Position numbers and translations under genes: made by a program. Of a stretch of 64,000 nucleotides of DNA, positions 1 to 12,200 are shown in pieces. Position 1 is the first letter of the stretch, and each line of letters opens with the position of its first letter. The notes beneath the pieces were generated by a model. It ran no database searches, was not told where the DNA came from, and saw only the letters and a program-made list of their open reading frames with translations. Source of the stretch: Azolla caroliniana (taxonomy: Eukaryota; Plantae; Polypodiophyta); the NCBI GenBank assembly GCA_043228905.1, contig JBHGNT010000010.1, positions 5,890,001-5,954,000 on the forward strand, read 5' to 3'.

Positions 1-149
1 TGGCCTCGAAACTCTTCTACGATGAAGAATCTAATGGGTTTGTGACAAAAAGAAGAAGTAGCTTGCATAGATCTTTCTGATCTTTGGATGCTTTAACCTA
101 GAGAGAGCTTCAAGTATAGCTTTTGAATGGGTCCTCTGCATTTCCCACC

Positions 150-1550
150 ATGCCTCCAAGCTCAAAACGCCAAAACTCAAACAGAAGAGGTTCTTTTCTT
201 TGCAAAAATTCTGTATTTGCTATTAAAAGAAGCACAATGTACTGCATTTTGCTAGTTTTGATCATCATATCAATTTGTATGTTACCAATAGTTATATTTA
301 TCCTTCCTTCTATGCCCCCAACGCCCCCATTGAGAGCAAACAGATTACCTTGTCGTGATGATACTAAAGGCTATACACTTGGAGAGATGGATATTTGCAC
401 TCATACTTGTGGGACCTTATGCTTTCCAAGGGTTCGTGGCATATGTTTTTCTCATGAAAAGGTCACCATTTGTGATGGGCGCCCACTAGTAACTCGAGAA
501 GTGTTGAGCCAATTACCTTCGGAGATGGTGTTCAAAACCAATAAGAAGGCAAGACAAAAGATATCGATCCAACATGGTAACAGCAATATTTGTGATGCTG
601 CAGGAGCTCACTGGATCCCAGGCTTGAATATGGTTGCCGATCTTACCTTGATGCCCACTGGAAATTTTGGGCCGAACCCACATCATGAGGCCGAGAAAAT
701 TATCCCAGCCATTCTTTTCTCACAGCTTAAAGAGTTCAAGAATTCTACGCTATATTGGTTCGCAGATCCCACAGATCCAAAAATGATCTCTAAGTGGTCC
801 CTTGGCCTCTTGGAAGTATTTTCCGATGACCTAAACGTGAAGTATCTGTCACCGGTTGGAAGAAACGAAGGTTCGATATGCTTCGAAGATGTGATCCTGT
901 TTAGTGGAGTTACCAATTCTGGATACATACCAAATGTGGTGACCCATGATTGGTTCAGAAACAGGGTGTTGGAATATTGCAACATCCCTAGTGTGAATGC
1001 TAGCCGTCCAATCCGTGCTGCCACCATTGTCCACCGGAATAACTCCTCCAGAAATATTGGGAACCATGAGCTGGTAAAAAATACAATGGAAGAAAAACTA
1101 AAGGTGCAGATAAAGATAGCAGTACCTGGACCATGGGAATTTTGTGACCAAGTCAAGTTGGTTGCCGAGGCAGATATTGTCTTAACGCCTCATGGATCTC
1201 AGAATGCAAATTTAGTGGTTCTTCGCCCTGGGGCAATAGTAATAGAGGTTTTTCCTCTCCTTTATTACATTGATTGGTATAGTCATTACTTGCATGCTGG
1301 TAGAATAAGGCATTATGAGGTGTTTGGGACATGGATATCAGAACAGGGAGGTAGCATGCCACTAGTTATGCGGCTTTATGCCTACCTATATGGATGGCAA
1401 AAATGCTTCTTTGTTAAGAAATGTATGAATTATGGGAAGAATCAACAGATCTATGTTGATGTGGCTTATCTAGACAGGCTTTTGCAAAGCCTTATCGATA
1501 AGTGTGATGTAGTTGTTGAACATTCTGATTGCCTTCTGAGAAGCAAATAG
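150..1550 (+). CDS. Glycosyltransferase family 61 (DUF563-type), type II membrane protein, apparently single exon
   Basis: ORF 123-1550 with first in-frame ATG at 150. Hydrophobic N-terminal anchor CILLVLIIISICMLPIVIFIL. C-terminal GT61 signature QVKLVAEADIVLTPHGSQNANLVVLRPGAIVIEVFP. Confidence 0.8.
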   Translation: MPPSSKRQNSNRRGSFLCKNSVFAIKRSTMYCILLVLIIISICMLPIVIFILPSMPPTPPLRANRLPCRDDTKGYTLGEMDICTHTCGTLCFPRVRGICFSHEKVTICDGRPLVTREVLSQLPSEMVFKTNKKARQKISIQHGNSNICDAAGAHWIPGLNMVADLTLMPTGNFGPNPHHEAEKIIPAILFSQLKEFKNSTLYWFADPTDPKMISKWSLGLLEVFSDDLNVKYLSPVGRNEGSICFEDVILFSGVTNSGYIPNVVTHDWFRNRVLEYCNIPSVNASRPIRAATIVHRNNSSRNIGNHELVKNTMEEKLKVQIKIAVPGPWEFCDQVKLVAEADIVLTPHGSQNANLVVLRPGAIVIEVFPLLYYIDWYSHYLHAGRIRHYEVFGTWISEQGGSMPLVMRLYAYLYGWQKCFFVKKCMNYGKNQQIYVDVAYLDRLLQSLIDKCDVVVEHSDCLLRSK

Positions 1551-4204
1551 ATGATGATGAATAATATGAGATTTACAATTTTGGCGTATGACGCTGATAC
1601 TTCTATCAATAATTACGATGTTAAAGAATAAAATGGATGATAGGATTACAACTCTGGTGCTGATCGCTCACCTTGTTCAAAATGAATTCAACTTAGTGAT
1701 GAAACCGTATGGCATATCATAATCACGTGGCAAAGAAATTGAAGAGCTTTCCCTTAAAAGCTGTTCAAATGCAATTCAAATGAGTATGAAACCTTGACGT
1801 ATAAGATGTGGGGAGAGAACATATAATTTTGATAGAAAGCCGTTAAAGATCCCTTTTTATTGATATACCTAATTCATAACACTCTGATCATATTCCCTCC
1901 ATTCATTTTGGTGATTCAGATAAGTTATTCAGTCTCATGCTGTTAGGACCTATTCATGTAACTAGATTGTGATTTTCTGAGACTGTCATGATTCAATATT
2001 AATGATTCCAAATTTATTACACACAGCTTGATAACATTGCCACTTATGGAATGTTTTTTATTTGCATCTAGTGTAGTTTCGATATTTTAATTGAATAGCT
2101 TTTTAGAGTTTGTTTTATAAGACAAGACAAATTTTTGTTTTCCAACCATTGTTCAATTTTGAACGGAGATATGTTCAGGATCCAATTATGATGGATGAAG
2201 AATAATCAATTTTTCTTTTTCCATAATATTGTGAATCTTGAATATTCGGTACATAATAGCATTTAGATATATTTGCGTCATGTTCTTTTTTATGGGACTT
2301 CATTTAATTTTCAGCTCGTTGAAAAATGGAATATGAAACAGGATCTAATTACTGATGATAATGTAATCTCATTGCTGTTTCATGATAATGCTTCATGTAC
2401 TCATTATTTACTGTACATGCTAGTGCCGACTGATATGGGCATATACATCTGCAAGAATATTGTATTTTTTTGGTAAAATACCAAATATGTGACCCAATCA
2501 CAAGATTTTGGGAGAATACTGAAATTTTATTGCAATATGGGACAAGTGCATACATAGAAACAAGGGGCAGAATTGTCAAGAGAATCATTATTTAATGTAG
2601 ATATTCTTCTGCGTGTATTAAGAGCTTTTAATTGCAAGCCTTAGAGAAGTATGTAGCTCAGCATCTTACTGAAAGCTGTATAACATTATCAATAAGCAAG
2701 TTTATTGTTCCAGAAGTTTGGAGTTTTGATTAATAGTGGTTTAATCATTAGAACATATTGGGGTGGAAACTTTTACCAATTAATGATGCTGAAGCATTGA
2801 ACTTTCCAGATAAAGATGTAGACCCATCTATTTAGTACAAACTGAATATATCCCATGAGGTGACATCTCTCTATGTATGTAAAGTCAATGCAAGAATATC
2901 ATGGTAACAAGCATTTGTTTATAATATTGCCAACATTTTCCATGATGTGTTGATGAACTCGACCACATGATAGTCTAGTGTGTTAGGAAACAGGTATCCT
3001 CATCATGGCTACGAGCATACATATCCACATTCTTCATAACCTCTGGGTTGTGGGGGACAAATGTCTCCAATCAAATACATGAGTGAAACATTCATCGGAG
3101 GTATTCCCATTGTGAACACTAGGTGTCAGTTGCTTTGTGAAAAAGAATGAGAACAAAATAAGTATATGCTTGTTGATTACATAGAAAGTACTTCCCCTTG
3201 CATTTAAATATTCATCAGAAAGGAAAGGCAAAGGACATATGCATATAAATGAACGTGAAAAGAAAGAATCATACTTCCCATGTTGTTAGATCTATGGCAT
3301 TGATAGCACCAGGTCATTGAGCCGAAGAAGCCCTATGAACCCAAAAAGAAATTATCTCCAGAATGTAGCACCAACATCTAAAAACAACTCCATCTTCTCT
3401 TCAGCATTGGTTAACCCAAAAAGAATTCATCTCCAATATGCACTATCACTGCAAAACCACTTGACTGTCTCCCCTTTGGCATTGGCTAATACACTACAAT
3501 ATTTGATAGAGATTAACCAAATACCTTAATCTATGAAGTGGGGAATATGCATGACAAGGTTATGGTAAGTACATATACATGAGGTGCAATGACTCATCCT
3601 CATGATGGTGACAACTTGACAAGGATACTACAACAGAGAAATATATCCTCAAGAATGATGAATGATACTAGTGTTAGAATCATCAATATTTCCATCATAA
3701 TGTAGAACTTCATTATGATGTGAAAATTGCATCAAGCGTGACCGTTGCGAGGTTTATACATTCTTGGAATATTCTCCAGCATTTCCACCTTTAATGGTTT
3801 CCTTATATAATCTCTCGTTCATCACCATCTCTCCTCTTTATGAAACCTGCCAAGAGCATGCTCGATAACCAACATGTCTGGTTATTGTATAGCTTTAATG
3901 TCTTGTAAGGACTAGACGAACTTGACAAGCTCACCTAGCACGGTGAGTTAAATTCCTTACTACCCACTTCTTACATCATTATCTTTGCGTCACCTGTTGG
4001 ATCTCTGTTGCCTGAGGTTCTCAATTTTTATCAAATGTGTGTTAGTTCACTACAATCAATTTCAAGAGATCACAGGCCTCAAATATCTCTATGTTTTCAA
4101 ATCCTTGAAAGTAGATTTCAACGACAAAAGATTGTCATAACCGCTACCTTAAAGGAATATTGAGCCCAAATGTTTCTTTTTTCTACTGTTGCTTCAAACC
4201 ATGC

Positions 4205-7200
4205 TTAACCTTGCATGTGGCCAGCAATATAGATGTTATACATGCACACATAAGCTGATATATCATCCACATTAAGTTGCACAGCATGTGCAAAAGCATG
4301 TTCTCCAAGTTCCACAATGCCCCATTTTTTAGAAGCACTTAAAACAGTATGCCAAATTAATAGATTCGGATGAAAAGGCATTAAAGTAATTACTCTTAGT
4401 GCGTTGTCCACCTGGCCTGCACGGCTAAGAAGATCAATCATACACATATAGTGTTCCAAAGTTGGCATTAGACCATAGTCCCCAAGATTCAGGACCTCGA
4501 AATAAGCATGGCCAGTATCCACAGCACCAGCATGACTGCATGCATTTAAAATGCTAACAAATCCTATCTCCTTTTCTTTGTTGGATTCCTGTCTTTTTCT
4601 GCTTAATTCTTGAGAAACACCCTCTCCTTTATCAACACATGTCATAAAGAAAGCATCCCCTGAATCTTTTTCAATCTTTTCAAAATATTTAAATGCTTGT
4701 TCAACCTGCCCATATTTTGCATATCCTGTCACTAGTGTGATCCATGACCTTGTGTCTCTAGCGGGAAGCTTAATAAGTACTTTCTGAGCTTCTTTAAGAA
4801 AACCATTATTAATATACATATCAACCAATGCATTCCCAACAGGAACATATCCTTCCAGTATGCCTTTCCGAGAAATCTCGGCATGTATTTCTTGGCCCTT
4901 GTCTGCAGCTCCAATGCAGGAACAAGCTTTCAAGGCACATGAAAATGCAATACCATCTGGGGAGATGTCCTCGAACTGCATTTCTTGAAACAGTTTAAGT
5001 GCCTCCTCACTGCAGTCATGGTCAACAAATGCTGCAATAAGCGCTGACCATGAGCAGATATCTCTTTCTGGAAGAGTGTCAAATACTCTACGAGCATTTG
5101 CGATCAAGCCAAGACTAGCATACATATCAATCAGAACATTTCCAATAATTGGATCTGTTTCAAACAGCCCTTTTCTGCAAATTTCAGCATGTATTTCTAG
5201 GCCCTTTGCAGCCACAATACCTTTGCAAGCTTTCAAGACACAAAGAACGGTAGTAGCATTTGGAGCAATGCCTTGTACTTGCATCTTTTCAAAGTAACTC
5301 AATGCATCCTCATTATACCCAAACTTGGTATATCCTTTTATCAGTGAAGTCCAAGAGACCACATTGTGCGTTGATACTTCATCAAACACTTTATGTGCTT
5401 CCTGCAACAATCCACAATTAGCATAGAAGTCAATTAGAATGCTTCCAACAATATTATGTTCTTCTAGAATACTGAGGACTGCATGTAATTTATATCCCTT
5501 CTCAATGGCACAAGAAGAGGTGCAAGATTTCAAAACGCAGAGAAAGGTAACAATATCTGGCAGGATACCCTCCATCTGCATTTGTTGAAGAGAGTTCCAT
5601 GCCCTTTGACTATGTTCATGGTCATAATATGCTTCAATGAGTATCGTCCAAGAAATTGTGTTTTGGCCTGGAAGATTTTCAAACACATCCTGTGCTGTTG
5701 AGAGCATGTCAAAGCTAGCATACATGTCAATCAGAGCATTGCCAATGACTATATCGCATTCTAGATAGCCTCTTTTGATGATTTCAGCATGCAGTTGTTG
5801 CCCTTTTTCTACATATTTGACAGCACCGCAAGCTTTCAAGCTGCAAACAAAGGTAAATATATCTGGAGTGGCACCAGTCACTTGCATCTCTTTCAAACAA
5901 TGCAATGCTTCCTTTGTACGGTCATATTTAAGATATCCTACAATAAGGGCAGTCCATGAAGCTGTATCTTGCGCTTTGAGTTTGTCAAGCACTGCATTTG
6001 CTTCTAAAAATAAGCCACAACTGGCATACATCCCGATCAATGCATCACAAAGAAAACCCTCAATTTCCAGTAATCCCTTCCTTGAAATGTCACCATGTAT
6101 CTGTTGCCCTTTCTTAATAGCACCACTGTTGCCACAAGCTTTCAAAACATTCTTATAGGTCAAGCTACTTGGGCTGACTGCTTCTACTTGCAAGCATTCA
6201 AAACAATTCAATGCTTTTTCACTACACCCTTGATTGATGTATCCTGAGATGAGTGTGGTCCAGCTAATTACATCTTTAACAGGAAGTTGACCAAATACTT
6301 CTTCAGCCTTTCTAAGATTCCCACAACTGGCATACATAGCAATTAATGCATTGCCAATATCAATACCGATGGCTTCTTTTAATAAACCTCTTTTATTGAC
6401 TTCATCATGTATATTGCAACCCTTCTCTATGGCACAAATGCTGCCACAGCTCTTTATGACACAAATGAATGTAACGATATCAGGAGAAACTTTGCCCAGC
6501 CTCATTTGATCAAAACAAGCCAACGCTTCACGGCCATAACCCTGTTTTGTATAGCCTGTTATCAATGCATTCCAGGAAACAATATCTCTAACTGGAAGCT
6601 TCTCAAAGACTCCCTTTGCATCTTCAAATAAGCCACATTTGGCATACATATCAATCAATGCATTGCTAACATTGAGGTTGTTGTCCAAGATCCCTCTCCC
6701 AACAACAACTGCATGTATTTCTCGACCCTTTTCAATGATGCCCTCAGAGCTACATGCATTCAAACAGCAAAGGAATAAAATAGCATCTGGACAGATGCCT
6801 TCGAGCTGCATCCGTTCCAAAAGACGGATCGACTCTTCGACTTGCCCCTGTTCTGCATATCCTGTGATCAATGAAGTCCACAGAACCACATCCCTAACCT
6901 GAAGATTTTCGAACACTTCCAACGCTTCTTCAATGAATCCATACCTGCCATACATGTCTACCAAGATGCTGCCGAGGAAAATGTCAATTGCAATCCCTTT
7001 CCCCTTGATGTGAGCATGGATTTCGAGGCCAGTTCGTATGCGGTTGAGTTTTATGCATGTTTTCAGTATGGCGACAAGTGTGTACCTGTCAGGATCAACA
7101 GAAAACTCTTGCATTTTCTGGAAAACCCTTAAAGCATCCTCTGGGTAATTGTGTCTGGCATATCCATTAACCAGGCTGTTCCAAGAACATACACTTTTGT

Positions 7201-7384
7201 AGCTCAGCTTCTCGAAAACCTGCCTAGACTCATGTAAACTGGTGGCCTCTGCTGCCAATGATTGCACAAGAAAATTCCCAAGTTTTGGATGAGTTTCCAG
7301 ACCAGCTCTAGAGACCTGTACATGGAGAGAAAGAGCATGCACAGTGTGCGTCTTTGTCACCTCCCCACTACGAGACATACACAT
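4205..7384 (-). CDS. PLS-class pentatricopeptide repeat protein with C-terminal E domain, no DYW (putative organellar RNA-editing factor)
   Basis: 1059-aa intronless ORF with recurring P-L-S triplets (NALIDMYAKCG...A..VF..L..RDVVSWNALI.GY). Ends in EHYMCMIDLLSRAG...WHTVLSASKKWG...AYVCMYNIY. Confidence 0.93.
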   Translation of the reverse strand: MCMSRSGEVTKTHTVHALSLHVQVSRAGLETHPKLGNFLVQSLAAEATSLHESRQVFEKLSYKSVCSWNSLVNGYARHNYPEDALRVFQKMQEFSVDPDRYTLVAILKTCIKLNRIRTGLEIHAHIKGKGIAIDIFLGSILVDMYGRYGFIEEALEVFENLQVRDVVLWTSLITGYAEQGQVEESIRLLERMQLEGICPDAILFLCCLNACSSEGIIEKGREIHAVVVGRGILDNNLNVSNALIDMYAKCGLFEDAKGVFEKLPVRDIVSWNALITGYTKQGYGREALACFDQMRLGKVSPDIVTFICVIKSCGSICAIEKGCNIHDEVNKRGLLKEAIGIDIGNALIAMYASCGNLRKAEEVFGQLPVKDVISWTTLISGYINQGCSEKALNCFECLQVEAVSPSSLTYKNVLKACGNSGAIKKGQQIHGDISRKGLLEIEGFLCDALIGMYASCGLFLEANAVLDKLKAQDTASWTALIVGYLKYDRTKEALHCLKEMQVTGATPDIFTFVCSLKACGAVKYVEKGQQLHAEIIKRGYLECDIVIGNALIDMYASFDMLSTAQDVFENLPGQNTISWTILIEAYYDHEHSQRAWNSLQQMQMEGILPDIVTFLCVLKSCTSSCAIEKGYKLHAVLSILEEHNIVGSILIDFYANCGLLQEAHKVFDEVSTHNVVSWTSLIKGYTKFGYNEDALSYFEKMQVQGIAPNATTVLCVLKACKGIVAAKGLEIHAEICRKGLFETDPIIGNVLIDMYASLGLIANARRVFDTLPERDICSWSALIAAFVDHDCSEEALKLFQEMQFEDISPDGIAFSCALKACSCIGAADKGQEIHAEISRKGILEGYVPVGNALVDMYINNGFLKEAQKVLIKLPARDTRSWITLVTGYAKYGQVEQAFKYFEKIEKDSGDAFFMTCVDKGEGVSQELSRKRQESNKEKEIGFVSILNACSHAGAVDTGHAYFEVLNLGDYGLMPTLEHYMCMIDLLSRAGQVDNALRVITLMPFHPNLLIWHTVLSASKKWGIVELGEHAFAHAVQLNVDDISAYVCMYNIYIAGHMQG

Positions 7385-7740
7385 GGAGAATTCCTACAGC
7401 ATATAACTTTGTGTTAGGGATGCACATGCTATATAAAATATCTTGGTGCTGCCACTACTAATACAATAGAATACAGGAAAATACGAGAGTGAGGTGTGGA
7501 AAATTGCACAAAAAGTGTAGCTAGCTTATGTATATATATCTGTAAACCATAGATCAAAAACTGTACAAACAAACACACACACACACACACACGTTGAGGA
7601 TCGTCCATGTAGGGCAAATTTTATCGCTCAGAAACTGAATTTGATAGCATCAGTATATAGATGTTATCAAATTCCGATGTGCATGAATACATTCAGAACA
7701 AAAGGACAAGACACATACTGCATCAAATGTTTCCCTGCTC

Positions 7741-7772
<32 letters not shown>

Positions 7773-7859
7773 TTAGGGTTTAGGGTTTAGGGTGTGTGTG
7801 TGTGTGTGTGTGTGTTGGGAAATTCATAGACATGTCTGGAACCCAATTTCACAACCTCA

Positions 7860-7890
<31 letters not shown>

Positions 7891-7908
7891 GATAGATAGA
7901 TAGATATA
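7741..7908. repeat. Compound microsatellite: (GA)n, telomeric (TTTAGGG)3, (GT)n, then (TA)n/(GATA)n
   Basis: Read directly. AGGGTTTAGGGTTTAGGGTTTAGGG at 7768-7792 lies between the GA and GT tracts. Confidence 0.9.
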
Positions 7909-8780
7909 TAGTAAAGCCCTATAGTGCATGACATGTAATGAATCAAAATTTTCCTTGTTCAAAATGCATTGGAAATTGGCACTAGCTAGCTAGCTAAAAT
8001 CTTTAGCAACAGACAATCATCCAAACCCCCAAAACAACAGCTTCTTGAAGGGGGGAAATAGAAGACATGGGAATGATCCAGCTCCAAAACTTCCCCTGCA
8101 AAACTCCTCCTCAAGAAAATTTTGGAATCCATCACATTCTGATTCTAGCCATTCGGGTGAATCTAGAACCTTCCAAGATTCTTTGTCTGTTAATCTTGTT
8201 CAAGCTTCCATCGCTGATGTAGCAGTGAGAGAGAGAAACCCCTCCATTTTCTTAATTACTTAAATACCCCTACTATTTCTTTTTTTGCAAAGTTACCAAA
8301 ATACCCCTGCCCATGATTTCAACTAAATTAGCACAAATCATTTGTTAAATTAACTAGTAACACGAGTAATTTCATCAATGACTGCCGCAACCAATTGTTA
8401 ATCTAAAAACGATAAGTTGGTTATGTAGTTTTTAATGTTAATTTAGTTCAATTGAAGTAGTTTTCACAAAAGAAACTTCATTACTTTTATCATATGAGTC
8501 GCTCTCAATCCTCCGTCAAATGGCTCTTGTTCCCTTGCACATCGGCACATTCATATTCCGGACAATTTTGCAATATGTACATTAGCATGATAAGCTTAAA
8601 CTCGTATGATGCGGATTAACATTCTCCTTATGATTTTCATGTTGCTATCTATGAGTGTGTGATTAAATTGACTAGCTTTTGTCACCATGACATTTAGTTA
8701 GAAAATTTCTGATGATTAGCAAAAGAAAAAACCTGGTGTTTTAATAAATAACTAGATTTTGCCTTAGCATTAATCTCTTC

Positions 8781-9290
8781 TTTTTTTTGCCGGAAAAGAT
8801 ATTACATTAGTATTGAGAAACGCCCTAAGGCTATACATAAAAGGTGTGCCTTTCAGTAATGAGCCCCTATCCTATCTAAGTTCTAAATTCTAATTGTCGG
8901 CTTAAATAAATACTTTAGTGTAGAGTAGAACCACTCCACCTTATCGAAAACCCATCTATAAAATATTCCTTTGTCCCATATGGCATGGTGATGAAACTCC
9001 AATCGTTTGAGCTTTGCTTCTTGCATATTGCGTTTTATGTTATCCAAAAAACCTCTAACATTGTGCACGATCTCTGTCCAAATCCCAATAATTATCTGGG
9101 TAGGTCTTTCGGTCACATTTTGGAATACCTTCAAACATAGAGCCTTCCAAAATACCAAATTGCGATACCACTTACCAATTGCCATATTTTAGGTTTATGA
9201 GTCTCTATTTGTGGATTCAAAGGTACAAATGTTTTTTGCATCAAACCATGTCTCATAGCAAGAGCATTTGCAACCTCCTCTTGTTCATAT
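8781..9290 (-). mobile_element. Possible 3' fragment of an L1-like LINE
   Basis: T-run at 8781-8788 (poly-A on minus strand). Trp-rich minus-strand ORF remnant 8883-9185 (WYRNLVFWK...IWTEI) resembles a LINE ORF2 C-terminus. Confidence 0.35.
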
Positions 9291-12200
9291 ACCATTGGTT
9301 TATTTGAGCATTAAACAACTATTGTCACATAAAAACAATAACCTTCATTGTTAGTGTTCCCTACAAGAGAACTACAAACGCATAAATCGATCAAAACTGT
9401 TCAATGTACCAACTTGGAGAACTTGACAATATTTATCAAAGTTGACAATTTCATTCTCTTTCATAAAGTAAATTGAGATTGCAAAGGTCGATATTCATTG
9501 GCCAAAAAAGGGATAGATCTCAAAGATGACTATTGCTTGACAATTCAACAAGTTTCAAAGTTATATATATATATATATATATTATCTAGCTAAGAGCAAA
9601 CATCAGTAGTTGATTAGTCAGTAATGATTTCTTAATCAAACTCATATTTGTTGACTTATTGGTTATTACAACAATACGTGATTGATAGTTGGCAATGAGA
9701 TAAATACAAGATCATTAATGTTTTGGAGAAGGGATTCTAACATCCAAGAGCAATAACAAGGGAGAGAGATTCACCTTGAATGATATCTCTAGGTTGATTA
9801 TATAGTTCATTACCTGACCTTTATAGGTTTTAAAACACAAAAAAGGTGAGATTTGGCATGCCAAGTTATTGTTATTATTATAGAATGTTCATTGTTGTGG
9901 CACACTTCCATGTTCATGCTCTTCGTGTTATAATACTTTATAGGTAAATGTATATTGAGGAAGGCCTCAAAAGCATAAAGCATTACAATTATTTTAAGAA
10001 TTGAATAACTTTATAATTGCAATGATGCATATGAAGAAATAGGTTAATATAGTGGAGAGTGGTCTTGCAGTGAGAGATTAGGAGAGGGCGTGAAACCGGC
10101 ATTTTCATTTACCTTTAAAAGGAACGTTCACTAGAAAAGGTTGGTTATAAAGCCATGCTCAACTAAGTGGCTAAAAGGATCACATAGGAGATAATTCCCC
10201 TATTCTTTTTATATGAATTAAAGTGAAGTTTGTATCTTTGGCTTTAATAGTCAACTAGATGCTTTTTTATTATTATATCTGATTTGTTGAAAAACGATTA
10301 AAACAATTGTAACGGTTATATTATCTTAAATTGTCACAAATGTGACAACATGCAATGCACACTTAGGAATTCTTTGGGCTTTAAAAGGATGTCTTAAGAC
10401 ATAACAAACCACACCTCCAACTAATATTTATTGATGTGCACTCAAATAATCGCGAAAAAACCATGCCTTCTTTTGCATGTTGGCATTTGGTATTCCTTGC
10501 GCGAAAACAAGAGAGGCAAATATTAGATCTTTTCTTGTTCGCACTTCCCTTGGTTGCTGATATGAAAGGTCAGAAATCTTGTGAGGCCTACGAATCAAAA
10601 TATAGCATATTGGCATGTCACCACATGGTGTTTTAATGATGACTATTTATGTTGAAAAGAGTAAAACAAGACAAATTCACCTTTATACATTATCCAATGG
10701 CATACTTTAGACGTCCCCGATGCCCATGAATTCAATCTATCAAATTATTGCATATAGATTCCCGAGCTCACTTTAGTAAAATTCATTAAATATATAAATG
10801 CATATATATGTAGGGTAGTGTAAAAGGTAATGATTTTGCAATATTAAGGTCAGGTTCGAAGTCCGAATGTCAAGCAACGGTATGGTGTTGGTGTGATCAA
10901 GCACACTAATATTTTACTTTGAAAAAAGTGGCTTTATGGATTCTATTTCCACATCCTCAGGTTTGAATACCTAATGTCTCTAACATATTCCTACAAAGAA
11001 AATTGGTTATAAATTCATCTTTGACAACTTACGAGACTAGTGTTCAAAATTGCAAGGCTACTCTAAATACATTTGTTTCCTTGAACTAAGTATCAGAAAA
11101 GAGTTCCACGAGTTCTTATAGTCTTAAGAGTTGTAGCGAATAGGTTTATAATCTTTGGCTTTAGGTGCAAACACCAACTATTCCAAAAATCATTTGAACT
11201 TCAAACATTAGCAAATTAAGCTAGAGAATTGTTCACCAACAACTACATTTGTGCATTGCTTGAATTCTAGGTGATGGGATTAGCAAACACACCATTAGTG
11301 GGTCATTTTGAGCATTTCTAAGATCTAGAATCTAGATGAGGAGTTTCGTTGTAGTTTCCAATCTGTTTATTTTCTAGTTCACGAAACACGTTCATAAAAG
11401 AGAGGTTTAACAGATTTCAAGTTATAACCTTATGTCTCAATATGCATATGTATTGTTGCATGCTAGATTGGTTGGGTTAAAACTTGTTCCATATGGTACG
11501 CTAAGACACAAATTTCTAGTAAGGGAACCATCATTGTGAAAGGTTTAGTTATAGTGTTGTCGCTCTACAATGTACATCATGGTCTCCAAGGGGGAATTTT
11601 GATGCCAATGAAATATTGATATAAACAAAGATGCACTCTTGGATCATCGATGCAACCCTATTGACATGTGGCAAAGAGATAAGCACAACTTTGACCCCAA
11701 CCATTTTATGTATTTGCACAACGCGTTTTTCCAAATTAAAACTCGACTCTTAAATAGTAATCTGTGCATAATTGTGGAAACTATGGACAAATATGGCTAG
11801 AACTTCCATTAAGTTTTAACGAAAAACAAGTCACTAAAAGGATATCATGCAACCCTTTATTTGTACACATATATACCTACGAACATAGGCTAAACTAAGC
11901 GAGGTGTCTTCTTTTGTTTAATGCATTGCCAAGGACACCTATTGAATATATGTACAATGTACATTATGGATGCATGCACATACACATTTATATACATATG
12001 TGTGGTCCGACCCATTGCAAATACATATAAATATATGTCGATGTATGTGTGTGGGTAAATATGTATGTATGTGTGCACAAACATTGCTAACTTCGAAGCA
12101 TACATGCATTTATGCTATGTGAACTTGTTTGACTTTCTTCATCACATCATGTGCATTGTCGATTAGAGAACATTTGTTTTGGTTTTAATACAAAGATATG

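Noticed and set aside
10805-10870. tRNA gene (GGTTCGAAGTCC B-box)
   Set aside because: No acceptor or anticodon stems can be folded; at most a SINE relic.
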